64,000 nt of DNA from a plasmid. The stretch lies in the sequence record OW849299.1; one strand, written 5' to 3'. Below the pieces are notes generated by a model. It had not been told where the DNA came from. It saw only the letters and a program-made list of their open reading frames with translations, and made no database searches. Every line of letters starts with the position of its first letter. Within the stretch, counting starts at the first letter, position 1. Shown here piece after piece: positions 55,277 to 64,000 of the stretch. Position numbers and translations under genes: made by a program.

Positions 55277-58200
55277 TTTCTTTCTTTGAGGATGTGATCG
55301 AAGGTATCTCACGCAATCTTACGTCAAATGACTCGTTAAAATACTGTGATTTGACAACGGTTGTAGGGCTTACGTCGCAGGATCGCGTTGAGCATCCTGA
55401 AATCAGGGCTCCGTACATACTGACCACGAAGAACAACGATTTTCTTACCGTTATTGAGATTCAGGGCGCTAAATCATCGTTTGACGAGAAGTCGTTTAAT
55501 GACTTCATCATGCACCTTTCAAACTCGTTGTCGAATTCCTTTATTAACAGTGGCCATAAGCTGTCTGTGGTGTTTGAGCGCGACTTTACCAAGAACCAGG
55601 AAGAGCTGAATAATGTTTATAAACCGCAGGTAGCAGCAATAGAGCGCCTGCAGATAGACATTAAAGACCTGATCGCCGATGACGCAAAAAAAATCGCTGC
55701 CCATTACAGCCGTGAACGCGCTTACATCGTGCTGTATACCTCGAAGGGGATGATTGCGAAGGATGAACTTAAAAACGAGCAGGCAAAAGCTGCCGGCGTT
55801 ATGAAGGATATCCCGCAGACTCGCTTCAGTCAGAACCCAATCGAATTTCAGCTTGAAGGTTTGAAGATCACGCATGACGCGATGCTTTGGCGGCTGATTG
55901 GTATGCTTCAGGGGGATGATGAGTCGGGGATGGGGCTTCTGGTTGATGTCCTCGATGTCAAACACGCCGGCGCAATGATGCGTCAGATGCTGTTCCGGAA
56001 CTCAACATCAGAAAACTGGTACCCTCGCACGCCGTTTGACCAAAATCTGCGAGTCTATGGCGCTCCACGGAAAGGCAATATCGACTCAGTGCTGCCGCCG
56101 CGGCTGAATATCCAGATCATGGAAGGGGAACTGGAAGAAGATGGTGGCCTGATTTACTGCGATGGCAAGTATTACGGTTCTGTTGCCCTTGAGTTGCCAC
56201 CACTTCACCCTGTCAAATTTAAGCAGTTATTCAACGCGATTAACCGGAAAATCCCGTACCGGATAAAATATGACTTTATGGGCGGGGGCAAAAAAGCATT
56301 GTTCTGGCCATCAGTGATCGTCTCTTTCCTTCGTTTCATTCCCTCACTCGGTACTATCGCGCGTGATATGGATTATGTCGGGGCCCAGAGCGAAACCGAT
56401 CCAACGGCTATCATGGCCATCAACTTTGCCACCTGGGGTGACACTAAGGATGAAGCCAAACGCAACCTGGCGGCTTTAACTAAGGCGATTGAAGGCTGGG
56501 GTGTATCAGGTGTGTCCAAGACATATGGCAATCCAGGTAGCGCACTGATTGCATCCGTTCCGGGGCTGACGACGGCCACACCTGGCTCATTGCATTATCC
56601 GCCGTTGAGTGAAGGCTTGCGGATGTTACCTTTTGAACGTCCGGCCAGTCCCTGGCATGGTAAAGGCAATATCAACTTCATCACGCTCGATGGCAAGCTG
56701 TTCCCCTATCAAATCGCCAGTCCCCTGCAGGAGAAATTTACCGATGTCATCACCGGTGTTCCAGGTTCCGGTAAAAGCGTGCTGGCCAACCGCCTTAACC
56801 TGAGTTCGATTTACCGGGCTGATAAAAAACTGCCTTATCTGACTATCATTGATAAGGGCTACAGTGCAAAAGGTATCGCCGATCTGATTAGCGCTGAGCT
56901 GCCGTCAGAGAAACGTCACCAGATTGCCAGTATCACCCTGAACAATGACGAATCGCACTGTATTAACATCTGCGATACGCAGTTAGGTTCAAGGTATCTG
57001 ACGCAGTTTGAGGAAGTATTCTTAAAGCAGATGCTTAACGCATTCTGTATTGATCCGGCAATTGGCCAGCCGCCAGATGCAATGAGCGTTGGCCAAATCG
57101 TCAGTAAGGTTGTATCAAACGTATACAAAGCAAAAGCGCATTCAAGTGCTAACTTGTTTAAGTATAACGACCCGGTGATTAATGAAGCTCTGAAAGAATC
57201 AGGTCTGGATAAAGAGCTCGGTGAAGACTGGTTTGAAAGAGCTACATGGTGGGAAGTCGTTGATAAGCTGTTTGCCAAAAAATATCTTCATGCTGCGACG
57301 GTTGCTCAGCGTTATGCTGTGCCAACTATTCACGATTTTATTGCTGAACTACAAACTGAATCATTTAAAAACCAATACGCTGACGTAAAAGTTAATGGGA
57401 GTGAGCCTGTAGTAGGCTTCGTTGCACGTTGTTTCCAGGCTGCAGCAGCTGAGTATGCCATTTTCTCTGGGATCACGGTTTATGATTTCAGCCCGGAGAC
57501 TCGCATTGCGATCCTGGATATGCAAAACGTCCTCGGTGACAGAACGACACCTGCAGGTAAGCTCAAGTCCGGCATTATGTATCTTTTTGCGCGCCAGATG
57601 GCTGTGCGTAACTACTACCTGCCTCAGTCCGCAGAAACCTTCATTCCTGCTTTACCGGAGCAGTACAGGGCATATCACCAGGCGCGCATCAGGGAGCTTT
57701 CAGAAGAAGTTAAACATACCTTTTATGATGAGTGTCATAACTTTGCCGGCATCGACTTTATCCAAAATGCGCTGAATACCGCTGACCTTGAAGATCGTAA
57801 ATTCAACGTCCGTACTGCGTTCTCGTCTCAGTATCTGAGCCATATGCCTTCGAGTGTGCTTAAAACCATGAACAGCCTGTTTATGATGCGCCTGACGGAA
57901 GGGGATGAAGAGTATCTGAAGCAATTAGAGATCAACATCCCGGCCGATATCCTGCGTCGTTTCAGACAGCTTCCGCAAGGGGTTTATCCGGACGGAAGTG
58001 GTACTGCATTCCTCGGTATTTTTAAAACAAAACGTGGTCTTATTTGCCACATTCTGAAAAACACATTAGGTCCAAAACTGCTTTGGGCTTTGAACTCATC
58101 TGCAAAAGACAGAGCGCTCAGAGATGTGCTTTATGAAGAGCTTGGAACGAAAAAAGCAAGGGAAGAATTAGCAAATAGATTCCCTATGGGAAGTGCATCA

Positions 58201-58323
58201 AGTATCATTGATGAAATGGTGGTCAATCAGGGTGGTGAGCGTGATTCTGAAGAAGAATCACAAACTATGGCGATGAAGCTCGCTAAAGAAATCATTTCTG
58301 ATGTGAGAAGGGGATTCAGATGA
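55273..58323 (+). CDS. traU: TraU (DotO/IcmB / VirB4-like) T4SS ATPase.
   Basis: 1016 aa. Walker A VITGVPGSGKSVLANRL. Confidence 0.8.
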   Translation: MISFFEDVIEGISRNLTSNDSLKYCDLTTVVGLTSQDRVEHPEIRAPYILTTKNNDFLTVIEIQGAKSSFDEKSFNDFIMHLSNSLSNSFINSGHKLSVVFERDFTKNQEELNNVYKPQVAAIERLQIDIKDLIADDAKKIAAHYSRERAYIVLYTSKGMIAKDELKNEQAKAAGVMKDIPQTRFSQNPIEFQLEGLKITHDAMLWRLIGMLQGDDESGMGLLVDVLDVKHAGAMMRQMLFRNSTSENWYPRTPFDQNLRVYGAPRKGNIDSVLPPRLNIQIMEGELEEDGGLIYCDGKYYGSVALELPPLHPVKFKQLFNAINRKIPYRIKYDFMGGGKKALFWPSVIVSFLRFIPSLGTIARDMDYVGAQSETDPTAIMAINFATWGDTKDEAKRNLAALTKAIEGWGVSGVSKTYGNPGSALIASVPGLTTATPGSLHYPPLSEGLRMLPFERPASPWHGKGNINFITLDGKLFPYQIASPLQEKFTDVITGVPGSGKSVLANRLNLSSIYRADKKLPYLTIIDKGYSAKGIADLISAELPSEKRHQIASITLNNDESHCINICDTQLGSRYLTQFEEVFLKQMLNAFCIDPAIGQPPDAMSVGQIVSKVVSNVYKAKAHSSANLFKYNDPVINEALKESGLDKELGEDWFERATWWEVVDKLFAKKYLHAATVAQRYAVPTIHDFIAELQTESFKNQYADVKVNGSEPVVGFVARCFQAAAAEYAIFSGITVYDFSPETRIAILDMQNVLGDRTTPAGKLKSGIMYLFARQMAVRNYYLPQSAETFIPALPEQYRAYHQARIRELSEEVKHTFYDECHNFAGIDFIQNALNTADLEDRKFNVRTAFSSQYLSHMPSSVLKTMNSLFMMRLTEGDEEYLKQLEINIPADILRRFRQLPQGVYPDGSGTAFLGIFKTKRGLICHILKNTLGPKLLWALNSSAKDRALRDVLYEELGTKKAREELANRFPMGSASSIIDEMVVNQGGERDSEEESQTMAMKLAKEIISDVRRGFR

Positions 58324-59528
58324 TAAAAATCGGAAAAGCAAAACGGTCAGTGATGGCCGTTTCAATTCTGGCCTTCAGCGTACAGTCAGCATTTGCCTAT
58401 ACGGTCAACGTTAACAGCAGCATTCCCATCTCAACGCAGGTTATGCCGGCGTTGAGCACAGCTAATGGCCTGTTAGGTAATATCCAGGCCACGCTGATTA
58501 ACATTGGTACGGCAATCAGCCAGCAGGGCGATCGCCAGGCAGCATTAATGCAGCAGGTGGCTGAAACTAACCGACAGTTCGAAGTCGAGCAAAAACGTAA
58601 TGACCGGCTGCTGCAGGCACAGGATAAGTACCGTGTTCCGGATGATATATGTGCGCAGTCTATTGGCGGTGGCGCCGCGGGGGTATCCTCTGCGGCCGCT
58701 GGCGGTCAGCGAACGCTGGGAAGCGCCAGTTCTGCGAAAGATGTTAAGGCTATTTTTGAAGTGCCGGCACGCGCAACCGACGTGGATGCATCTTCAACGG
58801 CCGAAGTTCACAGCCAGTACTGCGACAGTTCGGATTATGCTGCATTTGGCGGGACTTCATTCTGCCCAAGTGTATCTGACATGCCGCGGGCAGATACGTC
58901 GCTGAGCTCGTTGCTTTATGGCGCCGGCAAAGAAGGCAAGGCACCTGATCTGACGTTTACAGATGAGCAGACAGATGCGGCGCTGCGCTATATGAAAAAT
59001 ACCGCGTTGCGCAGTGCTGGTCGTCAGCTGAGTCGTGGGGAAGTTAAAGGCGCCAGCGGGCGAATTTACCTGGGCATGATTCAGCAATACCAGGCGCTCA
59101 CCGACGCGGCCGCACAACCTCAGATGGAAATGATCGCCAACTCTAAACCGAACCCGGCCACTGATGCCGCGCTTGCAGATGCGCGCAAAGTGCCGGAAGT
59201 CGAATCCTATTTCCAGGCGACGGCCAGTAACAGGGCGAAACAGCTTAACCGTATGTCTGCCAGAGAGTTTGAGGAATTCGAAGTAGGTCGCCGTTACAGC
59301 AACCCTGCTTACCAGGCGACGTTGACCAACAAGAACACCGAAGATTTGATGCGTGAGCAAATCAATATCGCCAATCTGAACAACTGGTTAGTGTTGAAAA
59401 CCAAACAGCAGCTGGAGAAACAAAATGTGCTGCTTGGCCAGATCCTGGCGAACGACGCATATCAAACATACAAACCGATGCTGGCAGCACAGCTGGAGAG
59501 TGTGAACGCGGGAGTATCCAGAAAATGA
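58320..59528 (+). CDS. traW: TraW-like secreted protein.
   Basis: Signal peptide. Synteny. Confidence 0.5.
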   Translation: MIKIGKAKRSVMAVSILAFSVQSAFAYTVNVNSSIPISTQVMPALSTANGLLGNIQATLINIGTAISQQGDRQAALMQQVAETNRQFEVEQKRNDRLLQAQDKYRVPDDICAQSIGGGAAGVSSAAAGGQRTLGSASSAKDVKAIFEVPARATDVDASSTAEVHSQYCDSSDYAAFGGTSFCPSVSDMPRADTSLSSLLYGAGKEGKAPDLTFTDEQTDAALRYMKNTALRSAGRQLSRGEVKGASGRIYLGMIQQYQALTDAAAQPQMEMIANSKPNPATDAALADARKVPEVESYFQATASNRAKQLNRMSAREFEEFEVGRRYSNPAYQATLTNKNTEDLMREQINIANLNNWLVLKTKQQLEKQNVLLGQILANDAYQTYKPMLAAQLESVNAGVSRK

Positions 59529-60121
59529 CAGACGAAAATAAAACAGGGGAAGAAGTTACAAAATCCCCCGGCCGCATGAAAAAAGCGGTTTATCATATTA
59601 CCGGAATTAGTGATATTCAGTTTATGTGGAAATCACTAAGGGAATCTATCAGCCTGCTCAATGAGCGGGCTTCTTTCGTTAAGAAGCAAATCAAAAATTT
59701 GGAAGCTCCGGACGAAAAATCAGCTTCGAATCAGTCGTTTGAGGATGTTGTTAAAAAGAGTTCTATCCCCTTAGAACAGCATCTAGCTAAAGCCGGTAAG
59801 TATAAAAAATATTGGTTATGTTGCTTCTTTATAGCTGTTTTTGTTGCCCTGTTTTTAATCGCTGGCTGTGTAAAATTGATTGTTAATACTGAATACAATG
59901 TAAGCCTTCTGAAGGTGACATTAACACTTGGTTTAATGTTTGCTGTTTGTATCTACTCGTTCGTAAAAGCAATGACTTATGAATTTTTAGGTTGGCAATT
60001 ACGCAATGAGGCCCATTCTGAAGAAGAATTCGGTACATTGAGACATTTTATTAACGATAACGGTGTGCGCAATACATTTAATTTTGAACAAGCTGGCCAG
60101 ATTCGGGGGGCGCATGAATAA
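59525..60121 (+). CDS. traX: TraX-like membrane protein.
   Basis: One central transmembrane segment. Synteny. Confidence 0.45.
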   Translation: MTDENKTGEEVTKSPGRMKKAVYHITGISDIQFMWKSLRESISLLNERASFVKKQIKNLEAPDEKSASNQSFEDVVKKSSIPLEQHLAKAGKYKKYWLCCFFIAVFVALFLIAGCVKLIVNTEYNVSLLKVTLTLGLMFAVCIYSFVKAMTYEFLGWQLRNEAHSEEEFGTLRHFINDNGVRNTFNFEQAGQIRGAHE

Positions 60122-62309
60122 GTCAAGAAACTCATTGGTCGCATTGTTGCCGCTATCGCTTTTCATTACCCCGGCATATTCTGCAGATCTGGGAATTGAT
60201 AGTATTACAGAGGCTGCTAAACGGTCTGGTGATTTGTCACGTCAGATGCTGCATACCGTTTTTGGTGAAGTGGTAAATAATCCTTTCAGTCCGTCAGGTG
60301 ATGGGTTGTTAAATAACGTATTTTTCACAGTGAATGAGGTTATCGCCATATTAGCGCTGATTTATATGGCGATAATCAGTATTAAAAAACTACATCAGGC
60401 AGGGCAACTTGGGAAGTTTATAGAGGGTGATGGGAATAATGCCTTCAATTTTGTTAAAACAACATTCGGCTGGCTCCTTTTGGTTCCAACTGTTGTTGGA
60501 TGGTCCGTTGCACAACTGCTCTTCCTGTGGTGTGGGTCAATCATAGGTGTAGGTTCTGCCAATGTTATTGCAGATAAAACAGCGTCGGAACTAGCGAGTG
60601 GCAAAGCTGTTTATATAACGCCAGTTATGCCAGAAATGGCTTCTGTGGCTAAAGGAATGTTCGAAATGAACTTGTGCGCTCTTGGTGTCAATCAAGGGTT
60701 AGCTCAGATGGAGGCTTCAGGCCAACATTATGAAAGTAATAGCCAGATGAAGTTTAATACTGGTGATTCTAGTTACTCAATTTCAGTTGACAATGGTTCT
60801 GCTGTTTGTGGGACTGTTAAATTACCACAAAAACCTACAGGTTGGACTTCGGTATTCTCCAGTGGTTACGCTGATTCTGTTTATGCAGTTCAACAGCAGG
60901 CTACAGACTCGCTTTGGAGTAAGATGAAGAATACAGCAGAGCAATTTAACTCTGCTTATATGTCTAAAATGCGTTCCGGAGATGGGCAGCTGCCTGACGT
61001 TGAAACTGCAATTCAGACAGCAGCAAGAGATTACCAACAACAAGTACAGCAAGCTGCAGACAATGCTGCCGGAAGCAATGATATGCTCCAGAAAATGGAG
61101 TCGGATATAAAGGAAAAAGGCTGGCTATATCTTGGTATTTATTATCATACCCTGGCAACTGCTAACACTGAGCTGAAGGACGTTGCTAATCTGAAACCTA
61201 TTGTATCAGGGATAAGTGGTGATGGTGATGTAGGTTCTACGGACTATTATAAAGGTCTGTTCCAGGCATATCATTCACAACTGAAAAACAGTACCTACAC
61301 TCCCCCTTTAGGTACTGCTGATAATGCTTTAGCTCAGAACATTGACAATAAAGGCATCGAAGAAGCGGCAAAAAGTGGTGATGCAGATTCGTTGATTACC
61401 AAAATTTTCAACTTTAATGTTACTTCATGGCTTGCCACTAGAAACTACGGCACTGGCGATGGATACAGCGATGTAACGAATCCCTTGTTGAAAATGAAAG
61501 CCATTGGTGATTACACGATGTTTACTGCTGAGAGTGGTCTAGCTGCTTGGGGAGCTGTTAATGTCGCAATGAGTGTTGCAGATGGTAATAACGCTGCTGG
61601 AATGGGGGCGGGATTACTTAATTTCTTCACTTCAGGTAAGGATATTATTAAGGGTGTAATTAAAACTGCGGCTCCGATCGTATACATGATTTTAGTCGCT
61701 CTGTTCTGTATAGGGTTAACGCTTTCAATTTGGCTTCCATTTGTGCCATTTATCTATTGGTTTGTCGCAATGGCGGATTGGTTAGTTACTTTGCTGACTG
61801 GTATCGTTGCATCTTCATTGTGGGCCGCTACCCATATTAACATTGGCCAAACTAATGAGGACCGGTCAACGTATGGATATATTTTCCTGATAGATGTGAT
61901 GATTCGACCACTGTTGATGGTAATGGGGTTCATTTTTGCATCATTGGCCATTGTGGCTCTTGGCACCGCGCTTAACTATATTTTCAAAACAGCAATGGAA
62001 AATGTACAGGCAGATTCAACAACTGGCCTTTGGTCAATGATAGGTATCCTTTTTGTCTATGCAAGGATGTGTACAGGTATGGTCGCTAGGGTATTTGCAT
62101 TACCTGCAAGGATGCCTAACTACGTCATCAGCTGGATTGGTAACAAGCATAACGATTCAATTCTTGGTGATATGCAGAATCATGTTCACGACCTGTTTGC
62201 TGCATTTGGTCGTGGAGCTAAAAATACAGGTGGACGTCCTTCTGGGCCGAAGAACTTCAACCCAACCAATACGGTTGATAAAGACAAAGATGGTATAGCG
62301 GGGGCGTGA
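60114..62309 (+). CDS. traY: TraY (DotA-like) polytopic integral membrane protein.
   Basis: About 730 aa with a signal peptide, a large periplasmic domain and multiple C-terminal transmembrane segments. ATGA overlap with traX. Confidence 0.65.
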   Translation: MNKSRNSLVALLPLSLFITPAYSADLGIDSITEAAKRSGDLSRQMLHTVFGEVVNNPFSPSGDGLLNNVFFTVNEVIAILALIYMAIISIKKLHQAGQLGKFIEGDGNNAFNFVKTTFGWLLLVPTVVGWSVAQLLFLWCGSIIGVGSANVIADKTASELASGKAVYITPVMPEMASVAKGMFEMNLCALGVNQGLAQMEASGQHYESNSQMKFNTGDSSYSISVDNGSAVCGTVKLPQKPTGWTSVFSSGYADSVYAVQQQATDSLWSKMKNTAEQFNSAYMSKMRSGDGQLPDVETAIQTAARDYQQQVQQAADNAAGSNDMLQKMESDIKEKGWLYLGIYYHTLATANTELKDVANLKPIVSGISGDGDVGSTDYYKGLFQAYHSQLKNSTYTPPLGTADNALAQNIDNKGIEEAAKSGDADSLITKIFNFNVTSWLATRNYGTGDGYSDVTNPLLKMKAIGDYTMFTAESGLAAWGAVNVAMSVADGNNAAGMGAGLLNFFTSGKDIIKGVIKTAAPIVYMILVALFCIGLTLSIWLPFVPFIYWFVAMADWLVTLLTGIVASSLWAATHINIGQTNEDRSTYGYIFLIDVMIRPLLMVMGFIFASLAIVALGTALNYIFKTAMENVQADSTTGLWSMIGILFVYARMCTGMVARVFALPARMPNYVISWIGNKHNDSILGDMQNHVHDLFAAFGRGAKNTGGRPSGPKNFNPTNTVDKDKDGIAGA

Positions 62310-62310
62310 T

Positions 62311-62964
62311 ATGAAAGGATATTCGTATACTGTTGTCGATAACAACATGGCTAAATCAAAAGGTGTTGGCTACTATCTGTCACGCCTGTCTGTAGCCATA
62401 AGTATAGTTATTTTAACAATAAGTCTTCCGTTGACTGTATATTCTGGCTTTCTTACTTTAGGTGGAAGCCTGGCATTGGCGTGGTTTGTTGCTCTACTTG
62501 TTTTCGATGCCATGCTGATCACATATGTTGTACGCCAGGTAAAAAGTAAGGGAGTCAAAAAGGTCGTTGCAGGCATGAGAGTTTATGGATGCTTTAATCC
62601 ATCGGCTAAAGAGGAACAATACATGCCGGCTCAGAAAACATATTTTGGTATAGATATGGACTCCGGTGTTGTTGGTATTGCTGCCCTTTATGCTGTACAG
62701 GCCTCTATTAAGCAAAAGAGAATTTTGTTTGAGGCCGAGACAATTGAGTCTTGGGAGTATACTGATAGTAAACTTGTCGTAAATATTCGGAACCGACATG
62801 TGCCTACTGTTGAAATAATCTTGCTCAATGCCGGCCTAGCATATCGCCAGCTGGAAATGTTAACCAGGATGCATGAGCAACATAAAAAATACAGGGGTGA
62901 AAAATATCTCCAGTGGCGAAAGACTATGCTTGATGAAGGTTGGATGCTACCACGAACGTATTGA
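62311..62964 (+). CDS. excA: Entry-exclusion-like membrane protein (ExcA position).
   Basis: 217 aa with two N-terminal transmembrane segments, immediately after traY. Confidence 0.5.
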   Translation: MKGYSYTVVDNNMAKSKGVGYYLSRLSVAISIVILTISLPLTVYSGFLTLGGSLALAWFVALLVFDAMLITYVVRQVKSKGVKKVVAGMRVYGCFNPSAKEEQYMPAQKTYFGIDMDSGVVGIAALYAVQASIKQKRILFEAETIESWEYTDSKLVVNIRNRHVPTVEIILLNAGLAYRQLEMLTRMHEQHKKYRGEKYLQWRKTMLDEGWMLPRTY

Positions 62965-64000
62965 TGTTTACTTCCAAACCGCCTGAAAATGAAGTGAACC
63001 CCGAAAGTTGGACATCCAACGATTAGGGGTTTTTGCGTTTCAATGGGCAGAAAAAAATACTCATCTGAATTCAAGCAACAGGTCGTTCTCCACTATCTGT
63101 ACAGCAGTGACGGAGCAAAGAAAACAGCCCGGTTGTTCGGTGTCGATCACGGAGCGGTCAGACGCTGGACTGAGCACTGGAAAGTGAATGGGATCGACGG
63201 TTTTACCATTCCTACCAAGGCTTACTCTGCCGAGTTTAAAGAGTCTGTTGTGCTCTGGATGCAGCAACACAACAAATCATCCAGGAAAGCTGCTGCGGAG
63301 TTTCGTATCGCAACTGCCTGTACTGTCAGTAAATGGGAGCGTCTTTACCGTACAGGCGGTATTATTGCCTTACAGGATAAACCCAGAGGACGCCAGATGA
63401 AGTCAGGGAAGAACGAAACTTCAGATAAAGAACTTAATAATCCCCGTCCAGTGTTCCAGAGCGCGGAAGAAGAGCTTGAATACCTGCGTGCGGAGAATGC
63501 CTACCTAAAAAAGCTTCAAGCCTTGATTCGGGAAAAGCAGAGGACAAAGCAAAAATAATTACCGAATTGAGGCAAAACCATAACCTGAGAATGCTGCTTC
63601 ATATAGCAGGATTACCTCGTAGCACGTACTACTGGCACATTAAGGCCGATGGACGTGGAGAGCGCTATGAGGGCGAACAGCAAAGAATAGCCGCACTGTT
63701 TCATTATCATAAAGGACGGTATGGTTACCGCCGCATTACCCTGGCGTTGCGTAATGAAGGTTATGGCATTAATCATAAAACAGTACGAAAACTGATGCGT
63801 AAGATGGGGCTGGCCTCATGCCTGAGAAGCAAAAAGTATCAGTCATACAAAGGTACCTACGGTAAAGTAGCGCCAAATACCCTTGCACGTGATTTTCAGG
63901 CCAGCAGTCCAAACCAGAAATGGGTCACGGATGTGACAGAGTTCAACGTAAAAGGGACAAAGCTGTACTTGTCACCAGTGCTTGATCTGTATAACAGCGA
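62962..64000 (+). mobile_element. IS3-family insertion sequence (partial; it runs off the window end) abutting the excA stop codon.
   Basis: orfA at 63043-63558 has an HTH (SSEFKQQVVLHY...). orfB lies in the -1 frame from about 63558 (IITELRQNHNLRMLLHIAGLPRSTYYW...DFQASSPNQKWVTDVTEF), which is a DDE transposase N-terminus. The left end begins TGATG. Confidence 0.8.

Overview
The window reads as almost the whole backbone of a pOXA-48-like IncL conjugative plasmid from Enterobacterales, starting exactly at the GTG start of repA. Every call below rests on reading the sequence and the supplied ORF translations; nothing was computed or searched. Names for the trb and tra genes are assigned by order and size only.

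- **Replication, 1-2.4 kb:** RepA, followed by a non-coding block carrying DnaA-box-like sites and two 27-29 bp direct repeats that could be origin elements.
- **trbC-trbB-trbA and neighbours, 2.4-8.2 kb (minus strand):** a VirD4/DotL-type coupling ATPase, a DsbC-like thioredoxin protein and TrbA. A small lytic transglycosylase and the 5' half of a CPBP-protease gene (tir-like) follow.
- **Tn1999.2, 8192-13857:** the IS1999 copy upstream of blaOXA-48 is split by an IS1, giving IS1999::IS1 – blaOXA-48 – lysR – IS1999. The transposon lies inside the CPBP/tir gene with a 9-bp target duplication TGCTGAACG.
- **Accessory and maintenance block, 14-28 kb:**
  - pemI/pemK toxin-antitoxin and umuDC (mucAB)-like SOS polymerase.
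  - Two tight operons of unknown function.
  - A tyrosine recombinase, parM/parR actin-type partition, a PLD-type Nuc nuclease, a tandem-HTH (KorC-like) regulator and a lipoprotein.
- **Leading region next to oriT, 28-39.5 kb:**
  - radC.
  - A DGQHR/DndB-like gene broken by a second IS1.
  - klcA/ardB-type anti-restriction, ssb, an Hha-like gene and many small unknown ORFs.
- **Transfer genes, 40-63 kb:**
  - oriT with nikA and nikB (MOBP relaxase).
  - A complete Dot/Icm-like (IncI-type, MPF_I) T4SS, traH through traY.
  - A Sog-like primase with eleven 45-bp tandem repeats.
  - An embedded antisense hns-like/hha-like pair.
  - excA.
- **Window end, 62962-64000:** a partial IS3-family element.

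The most unusual feature is a family of twelve near-identical promoter and 5'UTR/RBS cassettes placed in front of the leading-region operons. It looks like a CUP-like regulon, probably controlled by the adjacent tandem-HTH protein.
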